A DNA stretch of 64,000 nucleotides from a bacterium (GTDB lineage: Bacteria > Patescibacteriota > Minisyncoccia > Phycocordibacterales > UBA9973): assembly GCA_037132055.1 (NCBI GenBank), contig JBAXPX010000001.1, positions 5,424 to 69,423 of the forward strand, in the 5' to 3' direction. The notes under the pieces were generated by a model. That model saw nothing but the letters and a program-made list of their open reading frames with translations, ran no database searches and was not told the DNA's origin. The position numbers and the translations under genes were made by a program. Below are positions 1 to 9,688 of the stretch, piece by piece; position 1 is the first letter of the stretch; each line of letters opens with the position of its first letter.

Positions 1-2
1 AA

Positions 3-668
3 ACTATTGAGGAATGCTATAGAGTTTTAGGAATAGTTCATTCTATGTGGAGACCGTTATTGGGTAGAATTAAAGACTACATAGCATTACCAAAGCCAAA
101 TGGTTATCGTTCCATACATACTACGATATTTACAGGTTCTGGTGGAATTGCAGAAATCCAAATAAGAACAAAGGAAATGCATGACGAAGCTGCATATGGT
201 ATCGCAGCTCACTTTTCCTATAAAGAAAGTGAGAATAAGCCGACTCACCCAGACAAAACAAAATTTGAATGGATAGACGAATTAAAAAACTTAAAAGAAC
301 TTTCAGATAAACCAAATAGATTCATCGAGCATTTAAAAACAGATTTTTTTAATAATAGAATTTTCGTTTTTACACCTGATGGTGATATTATTGATCTTCC
401 AGAAGATTCAAGTCCAGTAGATTTTGCATATTCAATACATTCTGACATAGGCGATCATATATCTGGTACAAAAATAAACGGTAAAATGATGCCAATTAGT
501 GAAAAATTAAAGAATGGCGATATTGTAGAAATAATAAAAAAGAAAGATTCAAATCCTTCAAGTAAATGGCTTGATTATGTAAAAACTTCATACGCAAAAA
601 AACGTATAAAATCTTATCTAGAAAAACATAGCTTGCTAGCTAGGTTAAAATCTTTTGGTCGCAACTAG
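3..668 (+). CDS. relA: RelA/SpoT family (p)ppGpp synthetase/hydrolase, C-terminal part (5' truncated by window)
   Basis: KDYIALPKPNGYRSIHT and EIQIRT synthetase motifs, then TGS domain (IFVFTPDG...DFAYSIHSDIG); frame is open back to the window start. Confidence 0.93.
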   Translation, partial: TIEECYRVLGIVHSMWRPLLGRIKDYIALPKPNGYRSIHTTIFTGSGGIAEIQIRTKEMHDEAAYGIAAHFSYKESENKPTHPDKTKFEWIDELKNLKELSDKPNRFIEHLKTDFFNNRIFVFTPDGDIIDLPEDSSPVDFAYSIHSDIGDHISGTKINGKMMPISEKLKNGDIVEIIKKKDSNPSSKWLDYVKTSYAKKRIKSYLEKHSLLARLKSFGRN

Positions 669-1651
669 AGTGTAAAATTGGAAAGATCATATAATTTTGC
701 CTCATCATCTTTTTTCTCATCATTAGTTCTGTCGTCTATTGGAGCTTCATCTTCACTTGTCTTTTCTAGTTGATTTTCGTTATTTGCTATGTGTTTTTCC
801 AATAATTCAGTGGTTTTTTTAATTATATCTGATTTATTTATTTGATCTAAAATTGTACGTAAATCTTCAACTGAGAAAAAATCTATTTTTATCTGTCCAC
901 CACCATCTTTTCTATCTATATGCACGCGAGTACCTAATTTCTCTTGGAATTCTACTTCTAATTCGACTATTTCTGGATCTGGCATAAATTCTTTTTTGCG
1001 AACTCGGTCAAAGGCAATTTTTCTGGCTAGCTTTTCGGCTTCACGAACTGTAATTTTCTTATATACAATTTCTTTAAACAAAACCAACTGTTCCTCTGGA
1101 TGATCTGCGAGCATGAGTATCGGTCGTGTATGACCTTCAGTAATTTTACCTTCTGATAAACCATTCAAGATTTCTTCTGGGAGAGTCAAAATACGAATAG
1201 AATTTGATACATATTCCCTACTTCTACCCATTTTTTTGGCTACTTCGTTGTGAGTAAATTTAAATTCATTTACTAATTGAAAAAATGCCCGAGCACGATC
1301 AACAACATTTAAATCTTCCCGTTGTAGATTTTCAATAATCGCAAGTTCTAACTTCATCATTGAAGTGTCTCCTTCGCGTATTATTGCGGGAACCTGTGAT
1401 ACGCCTGCTAAAATTGCTGCTCGAAGTCTACGTTCTCCAGCGATTAATTCATATTCAGTCATAAAACCGCCGTCTGCCTTTTGTACTTCCATTCTGGACA
1501 CTGTCAATGGCTGTAAAACGCCATATTGTTTTATAGATTCAGCTAAATCACGCAAGCGGGCTTCGTCAAAATCACGCCTTGGTTGATATGGATTTGGTTT
1601 GATTTTATCGGTATCAATCCAGAAAATTGAATTGGAATATATATTAGACAT
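665..1651 (-). CDS. parB: ParB/Spo0J partition protein
   Basis: PNPYQPR, LIAGERRLRAA and IENLQREDL motifs, HTH. Confidence 0.95.
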   Translation of the reverse strand: MSNIYSNSIFWIDTDKIKPNPYQPRRDFDEARLRDLAESIKQYGVLQPLTVSRMEVQKADGGFMTEYELIAGERRLRAAILAGVSQVPAIIREGDTSMMKLELAIIENLQREDLNVVDRARAFFQLVNEFKFTHNEVAKKMGRSREYVSNSIRILTLPEEILNGLSEGKITEGHTRPILMLADHPEEQLVLFKEIVYKKITVREAEKLARKIAFDRVRKKEFMPDPEIVELEVEFQEKLGTRVHIDRKDGGGQIKIDFFSVEDLRTILDQINKSDIIKKTTELLEKHIANNENQLEKTSEDEAPIDDRTNDEKKDDEAKLYDLSNFTL

Positions 1652-1732
1652 AAATTTATTTTAACATATTTTTAAAAAATAAAAAAACAGTCTCTTTTGA
1701 GATAAATGTTTATAATAAGTGCAAAAATTTTG

Positions 1733-1816
1733 TGCCCAGGGAGAGAATCGAACTCTCATGATGTTGCCATCAATAGATTTTGAGTCTATCGCGTCTACCA
1801 ATTCCGCCACCTGGGC
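1733..1816 (-). tRNA. tRNA-Leu(CAA)
   Basis: Reverse complement folds as a cloverleaf: GCCCAGG/CCTGGGC acceptor, anticodon loop CTCAAAA, long variable arm, GTTCGATT T-loop. Confidence 0.93.
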
Positions 1817-1855
1817 ATAACTAGAATATTACTTTAATTATACTTAAAAATCAAT

Positions 1856-1864
1856 TTATCCACA
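1856..1864 (+). promoter_or_regulatory. Perfect DnaA-box sequence (TTATCCACA)
   Basis: Exact 9-mer between tRNA-Leu and murA; a single box, function unproven. Confidence 0.3.
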
Positions 1865-1906
1865 GGTTATATTTGCATTATATCATATATGAGATAATAT
1901 ATATGT

Positions 1907-3418
1907 ATGCAAAAAAATATACAACAAAAGCAAATTGGAGATTTTATTAAAAATTTAAGAGAACAACGAGGCATGACGCAAGATGATTTTGCCAAAGCTC
2001 TCGCTACGTCTCAAAGTGCAGTCGCTCGAATGGAAAAAGGAGAACAAAATTTTTCCACTGAAATTTTATCAAAAATAAGTAACGTCCTCGAACACAAACT
2101 TGTTTGTATAAATGATTCGATTGATTTTGAAGTAAAGGGTGGAAAAAAATTGAGTGGTACTATTAAAACAAATTTTTCTAAAAATGGCTCTGTCGGACTT
2201 TTGTGTGCTTCCCTACTTAATAAAGGAACAACTACTCTTCACGGTATTGCTCGGATAGAAGAAGTGAACCGAGTGATTGAAATTTTAGAAAGCATTGGAG
2301 TACAAATAAAGTGGATTGATAACAATACTGTAATAATTACTCCTCCAAAACAGTTTAAATTAGAAAATATAAACGTAGAATCTGCTGTTAAAACTCGTTC
2401 TATCGTTATGTTTATGGGTCCCCTTATTCATTTTCTTTCATCTTTTTCTTTACCCCATGCCCAAGGATGCAATTTGGGCAAGCGTTCTATTTCTGCTCAT
2501 ATATATGCCTTGGATGAGCTTGGTATAAAAATCAAAACTACCAATAAAAGTTACGAAATAAGCACTAAAAAACTAAAACCTGCTGAAATAGTAATGTATG
2601 AAACAGGCGAAACTGCTTGTGAAAACATTTTGACGGCTTCAGCACTAATTCCAGGTAAAACGATTATTTTTTTTGCTAGCGCAAATTATATGGTACAAGA
2701 AATTTGTTTCTTCCTTGAAACCCTAGGAGTAAAGATAGACGGCATTGGCACTTCTACCTTAATCGTTCACGGAGTAAAAGAAATTAATAAAAATATTGAA
2801 TATTGGAATAGTGAAGACCCAATCGAATCAATGATGTTTATTTCTGCTTGCATTGTTACAGATTCAAAACTTACTATTACTAGATGCCCGATAGATTTTC
2901 TTTCCCTAGAACTTGAAAAGTTAAAAAGGATGAACTTAAAATATAAAGTTTCTAAAATATATTATTCATATAATGGTCGCACAAAACTGGCTGATATAAT
3001 CATTTTTCCAAGTAAATTAAAAGCTTTACCTGATAAAATTCACGCCAATAAATATCCAGGGATAAATATGGATAATTTGCCATTTTTTGTACCAATTGCG
3101 ATAAAAGCCAAGGGTCAAACAATGATCCATGACTTCTTTTATGAAAATAGGGCTATATATTTCACTGAATTAAATCGTTTAGGGGCAGATATCACTCTTG
3201 CCGACCCCCATAGAGTCTATATTCAAGGTGGAACGCCTCTAAAACCTGCTCAAGTTGTCTGTCCACCCGCCCTAAGACCTTCGATGATAATCCTTGTTTC
3301 GATGTTGGGAGCCCCAGGAACCTCAATCCTGCGTAATGTATATATGATTAATCGTGGTTATGAAGAAATTGCAGAACGATTAAACTCCATCGGCGCAGAT
3401 ATAAAAATATTGAAATAA
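1907..3418 (+). CDS. murA: XRE-type HTH fused to UDP-N-acetylglucosamine 1-carboxyvinyltransferase
   Basis: N-terminal HTH (LREQRGMTQDDFAKALATSQSAVARMEKG); MurA motifs SKN, GCNLGKR, RGYE. Confidence 0.9.
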   Translation: MQKNIQQKQIGDFIKNLREQRGMTQDDFAKALATSQSAVARMEKGEQNFSTEILSKISNVLEHKLVCINDSIDFEVKGGKKLSGTIKTNFSKNGSVGLLCASLLNKGTTTLHGIARIEEVNRVIEILESIGVQIKWIDNNTVIITPPKQFKLENINVESAVKTRSIVMFMGPLIHFLSSFSLPHAQGCNLGKRSISAHIYALDELGIKIKTTNKSYEISTKKLKPAEIVMYETGETACENILTASALIPGKTIIFFASANYMVQEICFFLETLGVKIDGIGTSTLIVHGVKEINKNIEYWNSEDPIESMMFISACIVTDSKLTITRCPIDFLSLELEKLKRMNLKYKVSKIYYSYNGRTKLADIIIFPSKLKALPDKIHANKYPGINMDNLPFFVPIAIKAKGQTMIHDFFYENRAIYFTELNRLGADITLADPHRVYIQGGTPLKPAQVVCPPALRPSMIILVSMLGAPGTSILRNVYMINRGYEEIAERLNSIGADIKILK

Positions 3419-4341
3419 TGAAAAAAAAGTCAAAAGTTATCGTAATACTTGGTCAAACGGCTACTGGAAAAAGTGATTTGGCTGTTAAAATAGCCCTTCG
3501 ACTATGCTCAGGACAAGCTCAAAAATACGGCGGAGAAATTATATCTGCTGATTCTAGGCAAGTTTATAAAGACCTTGATATTGGTACGGGCAAAATTACT
3601 AAAAAAGAAATGCAAGGTATTCCGCACCACTTGCTTGATGTAACAAACCCAAAGAAAAAATTTACAGTTGTGGAATATCAGAAAAAAGCAATCTCTGCTA
3701 TGGCAGAGATAATTAAAAAAGGCAAAATCCCTATCATTTGTGGAGGTACAGGTTTTTATATTGATGCCATAACAAAAGGAATAATTTTTCCAGAAATTCC
3801 ACCCAGTAATAAACTTCGAAAAATTCTAGAGAAAAAAACTACCCTACAACTTTTTAAAATGCTCCAAAAATTAGATAAAGCTCGAGCAAAAGATATTAAA
3901 AACAAAAACGAACAGAATAATAGAGTACGACTTATTCGAGCGATTGAAATTGCTAAAACTCTCGGTAAAGTTCCTAAAATCATCAAGGACTCCCCTCCGT
4001 ATAAATTTATAAAAATCGGTCTTTTTGCCCCAGCTGATATTCTAAAAGAAAAAATAAACGAAAGACTTTTTGCAAGAATCAAAGTCGGGATGATTAAGGA
4101 AATAGAAAATTTACATAAAAATGGTTTACCGTGGAAAAGAATGGAAGAACTCGGTCTTGAATATAGATATGTTTCATTATATTTACAAAACAAATTAACA
4201 AAAAAAGAAATGACCGAAAAACTAAATTCTGAAATTTATAAGTATGCAAAACGTCAAATGACATGGTTTAAAAGAGATAAAGATATAATTTGGTTTGATG
4301 CATCAAAAAAGAACTTTAAAAATGTATTACCATATCTATAG
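3418..4341 (+). CDS. miaA: tRNA dimethylallyltransferase
   Basis: GQTATGKS, EIISADSRQVY, GGTGFY, YAKRQMTWF. Confidence 0.96.
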   Translation: MKKKSKVIVILGQTATGKSDLAVKIALRLCSGQAQKYGGEIISADSRQVYKDLDIGTGKITKKEMQGIPHHLLDVTNPKKKFTVVEYQKKAISAMAEIIKKGKIPIICGGTGFYIDAITKGIIFPEIPPSNKLRKILEKKTTLQLFKMLQKLDKARAKDIKNKNEQNNRVRLIRAIEIAKTLGKVPKIIKDSPPYKFIKIGLFAPADILKEKINERLFARIKVGMIKEIENLHKNGLPWKRMEELGLEYRYVSLYLQNKLTKKEMTEKLNSEIYKYAKRQMTWFKRDKDIIWFDASKKNFKNVLPYL

Positions 4342-4397
4342 GAATAGATTAAATATAAAAAAACCCCAGTAAAAACTGGGGAGTGAGTTGAAAATAA

Positions 4398-4577
4398 TCA
4401 TTCAGGGGAAATAAAGTTCCCCCTTTTGACCGAGAGCTCTCTGTCCTCCTCGGTGGTCTCATCAGATATGGGAGACCCGAATGTAATCTCTTTGTTTTTT
4501 TCTCCATCTTCTGTGGGGATGTTGTACCCGAGATCCGGAAAGACCGGGATCCCGTCATTCGCTTTCTTTTTTGTCAT
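4398..4577 (-). CDS. Small hypothetical protein (59 aa)
   Basis: GC-richer ORF with upstream TTGACT-type promoter and downstream hairpin; start trimmed to MTKKKAND. Confidence 0.5.
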   Translation of the reverse strand: MTKKKANDGIPVFPDLGYNIPTEDGEKNKEITFGSPISDETTEEDRELSVKRGNFISPE

Positions 4578-4656
4578 ATCTTTAAGATTAAAGGGTTTTT
4601 GTGCTTTTTTAAATAATACAAAACTTAAACAAAAAGTCAAATACACATAGAAAAAA

Positions 4657-5925
4657 TCATTTCCCTATATCTTTACGATATTTCATTCCATGAAACCCCA
4701 TCTTGCTTACAGCTTCATAGGTTTTATTGACAGCCTCTTCTTTGGTTTTACCTGCTGCACTTACTACTAATACTCTTCCTCCGTTTGTGACAAGATTGCC
4801 ATCTTTTAAAATGGTTCCTGCGTGAAATATCACTACCTCTTCATTTTTCTCAGCCAATTTTATCCCATCTATTATTTTCCACTTTTCATAATTTTTTGGA
4901 TATCCATCTGAAACCAAGACAACAACACAAGAAAACATTTTTTTCCAATTTATTTTTATTTGGCTCAGATTCCCATCGATACATGCATCAATTATGTCTA
5001 ATAAATCTGTATCTAAAAGTCTAACATATGCTTCTATGGCCGGGTCACCAAAAGAAGCATTGCATTCTAGTATTTTCATTCCACTATTTGTCCGTATAAG
5101 TTCTGGATAAATTATTCCTAAAAATGTGTTTCCATCACTGCTCATCCCTGACAACATTGGGGTAATTATTGTATCTTCTATTTTTTTAAAAAGCTCGATG
5201 TCAGCAAAAGGAAGCGAAATAATAGCTCCCATACCTTTCGTATTTGGTCCTTTATTATTTTCGTTCAGACGTTTAAAATCTTGCACTATTGGTAATATTG
5301 AATAATTTTTGCCATCAGTAAATGCATGTATAGAAACTTCAGAGCCAAGCAAAAGTTCCTCTATTATTGCTTCGTTTCCGGCTTCACCAAACTTTCTTTT
5401 AATTAAAATATCATCAAGGGCAAAAAGTGCTTCATCTAATTTTTCACATATAAAAACACCATTTCCTGGAGTTAATCCATTTACTTTGATAACTAACGGT
5501 AGTGGATGACTTCTGACATAATCTTCTGCCTTTTTATAGTCATTAAAAATTTCAAATTTTGCAGTAGGCAAATTACAACGTTCCATAAAATGCTTCGCAA
5601 AAGATTTTGAAGATTTTACTTGAGAAGCTTGCTTTGTCGGCCCAAATATTCTTAAACCGTCTTTTTTAAATTCATCAACTATCCCTAATGCAAGCGAACT
5701 CTCTGGTACAACAATGGTCAAATCAACCTTTTCTTTTTTAACAAATTCTTTAAGTTCCAATATGTCTATAGGCCTAATTTGCACATTTGTGCCTAAATCT
5801 TTAGTACCAGCATTCCCTGGTGCAAAATAAAGCTCCCCACACCTTGGTGATTGTGCTATTTTCCAACCCAAAGCATGTTCTCTAGCGCCACCTCCTATTA
5901 TTAAAATCCTTTGTTTCTTAATCAT
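4657..5925 (-). CDS. purD: Phosphoribosylamine-glycine ligase (PurD)-like ATP-grasp protein, divergent motifs
   Basis: GGGAREHAL, APGNAG, GPNTKGMG, FHAGT, TNGGRVL, YRKDIG; start trimmed to MIKKQRIL. Confidence 0.85.
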   Translation of the reverse strand: MIKKQRILIIGGGAREHALGWKIAQSPRCGELYFAPGNAGTKDLGTNVQIRPIDILELKEFVKKEKVDLTIVVPESSLALGIVDEFKKDGLRIFGPTKQASQVKSSKSFAKHFMERCNLPTAKFEIFNDYKKAEDYVRSHPLPLVIKVNGLTPGNGVFICEKLDEALFALDDILIKRKFGEAGNEAIIEELLLGSEVSIHAFTDGKNYSILPIVQDFKRLNENNKGPNTKGMGAIISLPFADIELFKKIEDTIITPMLSGMSSDGNTFLGIIYPELIRTNSGMKILECNASFGDPAIEAYVRLLDTDLLDIIDACIDGNLSQIKINWKKMFSCVVVLVSDGYPKNYEKWKIIDGIKLAEKNEEVVIFHAGTILKDGNLVTNGGRVLVVSAAGKTKEEAVNKTYEAVSKMGFHGMKYRKDIGK

Positions 5926-6040
5926 TTGCTTATATTGTAATATAATTTTTAACAAAAAACATCTTTTTAGTTATAAGGTTAGGGCCAAAATTAGCCTTTT
6001 TTTATTTGCTTTTTCCTCTATTGTGTATTAAACTAACATT

Positions 6041-6199
6041 ATGTCACAAGATAGACTTATAAAACTCGCTTGCGGAACTTGTAAGAGGATCAATTATTGG
6101 TCTAGTAAAAACAAGAAGCTTGTCACGAAAAAAATAGAGCTTAAAAAGTACTGCAAATGGTGTCGTAAAAACACAAAACACAAAGAAATTAAAAAGTAA
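6041..6199 (+). CDS. rpmG: 50S ribosomal protein L33 (zinc-binding type; absent from ORF track)
   Basis: My translation MSQDRLIKLACGTCKRINYWSSKNKKLVTKKIELKKYCKWCRKNTKHKEIKK; sits near tRNA-Trp as is typical. Confidence 0.93.
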   Translation: MSQDRLIKLACGTCKRINYWSSKNKKLVTKKIELKKYCKWCRKNTKHKEIKK

Positions 6200-6394
6200 C
6201 TTTTTAATCTTTTCTAGTGTGATACAATAAATGTGCAGTAAGTGTTTACTGCATGTTCTTTATTTTGAATGGATCAGTTTTTAAAAACAAGATCCTAAGA
6301 AATGTATTAATATTTATATTTTTACATTTTTGTCCAGCTCCACTTTCTTGATTAGGTTAAAAAATAAACTTAATTAAAAAAGTGGAGCTTGGAT

Positions 6395-6465
6395 GGGCGA
6401 TTAGTTAAGTGGTATAACTACGGTCTCCAAAACCGTTGTCGGGAGTTCGATTCTCTCATCGCCCG
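6395..6465 (+). tRNA. tRNA-Trp(CCA)
   Basis: GGGCGAT/ATCGCCC acceptor, ACGGT-CTCCAAA-ACCGT anticodon arm, GTTCGATT T-loop. Confidence 0.94.
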
Positions 6466-6512
6466 CTGTATTTTATCTTAAAAGAGTTTTGAATATATGT
6501 TAGAATAAAAAC

Positions 6513-7010
6513 ATGATACTTACTACACATGCTGTAACCGGAGCAACATTGGCCACATTGTTTCCAACTCATCCGATCATTGGTTTTGCTGTCGGTTTTT
6601 CTAGCCATTTTCTTTTAGACGCTATCCCCCATTGGGATTATTCTCTTAGAAGCATGAAAGGTGACGACAAAAATCCCATGAATACAGACATGATCATAAA
6701 CAAGGATTTTTTAAAGGACTTGTTGAAAATCGGAGCTGATGGGGTTTTAGGATTATTGTTTTCTTGTGTTTTACTTGGCATTATCTTTCATAACTCTTTT
6801 TTTATAATTCTATTGGGTGCCATGGCTGGGATGATTCCAGATGCATTACAGTTTTTTTATTTTAAATGGAAACACGAACCGTTATTGAGTTTACAACGTT
6901 TTCATATATGGGTTCACCCAAAAATTAACCTACACGATAGACCGGTTGTTGGTGTTTTATCACAAGTAGTACTTATTTGTTTTGTTGTTTTTATCCTATT
7001 TGTTTCTTAA
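6513..7010 (+). CDS. Membrane protein, possible metal-dependent hydrolase-like family
   Basis: THAVTG, SHFLLDAIPHWD and PD motifs with several TM helices. Confidence 0.7.
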   Translation: MILTTHAVTGATLATLFPTHPIIGFAVGFSSHFLLDAIPHWDYSLRSMKGDDKNPMNTDMIINKDFLKDLLKIGADGVLGLLFSCVLLGIIFHNSFFIILLGAMAGMIPDALQFFYFKWKHEPLLSLQRFHIWVHPKINLHDRPVVGVLSQVVLICFVVFILFVS

Positions 7011-7078
7011 AAAGAAATTTTATTTAAATGTTATAATTAATTATGTAATAATTAAAGTTTTCCAACGTCTTTATTTAT

Positions 7079-7810
7079 ATGAAAAAAATATTAATTTATA
7101 TTGTTTTAGTTACAGTTGTTTTAATTGGAATCATTGTTTATTTTGTGAATACTAAGAAGGAAGAAGTTGCTATAATTCCAACACCCAAAGAACCAATTGC
7201 TATGTGCTATCAATATCAAAAAGAAACGTCACGTGGTTTTGTTGACCGTGTATGGCTAGAAATGAATATCACAGGAGACAATGGCAATAAAGTAACAGGA
7301 GAATATCAAACTCTTTTAGCAGAAAAAGATAGCAAAGTAGGTACATTTACTGGGACAATTGGTCCGATGAACCCAGAAATTAGTGGCAGAATCGCTGATG
7401 TTTGGTGGGATTCATTAGGTGAAGGTATGCGGGTAACAGAACAATTGAGAATTTTATTTGGCGAAGGTAGTGCTACTGCCCTAGGTGGTGAAATGGTAGA
7501 TCGAGGAGATGGGACATATATTTACAAAGATATTACAAAATTAACACCTGGGATTCAAATGTCGCAGATTGATTGTGGAAGATTGCAAGACCAAAATCTA
7601 GTTGAAAAATATGTTCGTGAAAATATTAATACAATAGTGAAAGAAAAACCTGTTTTAGGAGGTTCATGGTATGCTACTGTTATAAATATAAATCCATTAA
7701 CAAAAAGTGGAACGATGCTGTTAACCTATGAAGATGGTCACATCCAAAGAAAATCAGAATTTAATTACACAATAAATGGCACGCAAATAATAGTCACTCC
7801 AAAAATATAA
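7079..7810 (+). CDS. Membrane-anchored exported hypothetical protein
   Basis: N-terminal hydrophobic anchor; C-terminal PVLGGSWY...YEDGH. Confidence 0.7.
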   Translation: MKKILIYIVLVTVVLIGIIVYFVNTKKEEVAIIPTPKEPIAMCYQYQKETSRGFVDRVWLEMNITGDNGNKVTGEYQTLLAEKDSKVGTFTGTIGPMNPEISGRIADVWWDSLGEGMRVTEQLRILFGEGSATALGGEMVDRGDGTYIYKDITKLTPGIQMSQIDCGRLQDQNLVEKYVRENINTIVKEKPVLGGSWYATVININPLTKSGTMLLTYEDGHIQRKSEFNYTINGTQIIVTPKI

Positions 7811-7889
7811 CAAAAGAGCTATCTAAAATAATAAACAAAGTTTTTTATTTTCTATCAAAAAATACAAAATTATAGTAGAATAAGACCCA

Positions 7890-8561
7890 ATGCAAAAAAG
7901 TTATAAATATTTAGGAACTATTAGTGTTTTCTTTGTTTCAGTATTACTAATATCAAATGTAGCCTCGACAAAAATTGTCGATTTTAATTGGTTCACTTTT
8001 GACGGAGGAACTCTTCTTTTTCCACTTAGTTATATTTTTGGAGATATTCTTACTGAGGTTTATGGATATAAAAGAACACGACCTGTGATTTGGCTTGGCT
8101 TTTTTATGGCACTTTTAATGTCTATTATTTTTATAATAGTTGGCAAGTTGCCATCTGCTCCAGGATGGAACAACCAAATTGCATATGATGCAATACTAGG
8201 ATTGACCCCAAGAATTGTGGTTGCTAGTCTTGCTGCATATTTCTGTGGAGAATTTTCTAATTCATTTGTATTAGCAAAAATGAAAATATGGACAAGAGGC
8301 AAAATGCTTTGGATGAGGACAATAGGATCTACTATAATAGGAGAATTTGTAGATAGTATTATTTTTATCACAATAGCGTTTTGGGGGATTCTACCAAATT
8401 CATTATTAATAACACTAATAATCTCAAATTACATATTTAAAACTGGAATTGAGATATTATTTACTCCGGTTACATATAAAATAATCAATTTTCTTAAGAA
8501 AAAAGAAAACGAGGATTATTACGATATAAATACAAAATTTAATCCCTTTTCTATACAATAA
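7890..8561 (+). CDS. yhhQ: Queuosine precursor transporter (YhhQ/VUT family)
   Basis: FPLSYIFGDILTEVYG and RTIGSTIIGEFVDS motifs. Confidence 0.9.
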   Translation: MQKSYKYLGTISVFFVSVLLISNVASTKIVDFNWFTFDGGTLLFPLSYIFGDILTEVYGYKRTRPVIWLGFFMALLMSIIFIIVGKLPSAPGWNNQIAYDAILGLTPRIVVASLAAYFCGEFSNSFVLAKMKIWTRGKMLWMRTIGSTIIGEFVDSIIFITIAFWGILPNSLLITLIISNYIFKTGIEILFTPVTYKIINFLKKKENEDYYDINTKFNPFSIQ

Positions 8562-9684
8562 CTCTCGGCAAGAGTGGGTTCAAACGAGTTACAACTTCAT
8601 AATTTATAGTATCTATTTTTTTGGCGATATCTTCTGCTGTTATTTCTTTATCTCCTTGCTTACCTATAAGTACAACTTCATCTTCTATGGATATATCTTT
8701 CAAGTGAGTTACATCTACCACAAACATATTCATTGCTACTCGCCCTAAAATTTTACATTTTGTACCTTTTATTAAAATTTCTCCAATATTTGATAATCCT
8801 CTATCGTATCCATCGGCATAACCTATAGGCACCACAGCTATTTTAATGGGTTCATAAGTCATATAAGTCAAACCATAACCCACAGTATGCCCTGCTGGTA
8901 AATTTTTTACTTGAGCAACCTTCGTTTTAAAAGATAATACTGGTTTTAATTCAAGTTTTTCCTTATATAGATATTTTATATGCTCACTCGGCCACAAGCC
9001 ATATATCCCTATACCTAAACGGACAAAAGTATTTAAACTTTTGTTTTTTTCATAAACTAAAAGCCCGGAAGTGGCTGAAATATGGGTTTGTAAATTTTTA
9101 AAGCCAAATTTTTCTGCTAATTTTATTGCTTCTTCATATTTTTTTATTTGTTTTTGTGCATGGGTGAAATTGTTTGTGTCTTCTATGTTTGCAAAGTGCG
9201 CATATAAACCAGTAAGTTTTACATTTTTACAATTTTTTACTTCTTTGAAGAATTCTTCTAATTCTTCTTTCATAAATCCTTCTCTCCCTAAATACGCATC
9301 TACTGATGCATGAACTTCTTGTTTTATTTTTAATTTTTTAGCTAGCTCATTTATTTCTTTTAATTTTTCAATAGAAAAAACGGACAAAATACAATCGAGT
9401 TTTATGGCTTCAGACAAATCTTCTTTTTGAATATAACCCAAAACAAATGTCTTTTTCTTTGTTACTTTTCGCAATAATTTAAGCTCTGAAAAACTATTTA
9501 CTTGAAAATAATCAGAATGTGGTTCTAAAATTTTAGCGACTTCATTTTGCCCATGACCATACGCATTCCCTTTTATTACTGCAATAATCTTCGTATTTTT
9601 TGATACTGATTTTAGTGCTTTGAAATTGTGTATCAAATTTTTCTCAGATAACTCTATATAAGAAATAGGCAAGTTTTTTTGCAT
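8551..9684 (-). CDS. alr: Alanine racemase
   Basis: AVIKGNAYGHG PLP lysine, PIGYADG, GRVAMN. Confidence 0.96.
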   Translation of the reverse strand: MQKNLPISYIELSEKNLIHNFKALKSVSKNTKIIAVIKGNAYGHGQNEVAKILEPHSDYFQVNSFSELKLLRKVTKKKTFVLGYIQKEDLSEAIKLDCILSVFSIEKLKEINELAKKLKIKQEVHASVDAYLGREGFMKEELEEFFKEVKNCKNVKLTGLYAHFANIEDTNNFTHAQKQIKKYEEAIKLAEKFGFKNLQTHISATSGLLVYEKNKSLNTFVRLGIGIYGLWPSEHIKYLYKEKLELKPVLSFKTKVAQVKNLPAGHTVGYGLTYMTYEPIKIAVVPIGYADGYDRGLSNIGEILIKGTKCKILGRVAMNMFVVDVTHLKDISIEDEVVLIGKQGDKEITAEDIAKKIDTINYEVVTRLNPLLPRVIV

Positions 9685-9688
9685 CTTA

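Noticed and set aside
1907-3418. HTH-MurA fusion as a novelty
   Set aside because: To my knowledge XRE-MurA fusions are already a recognised architecture.
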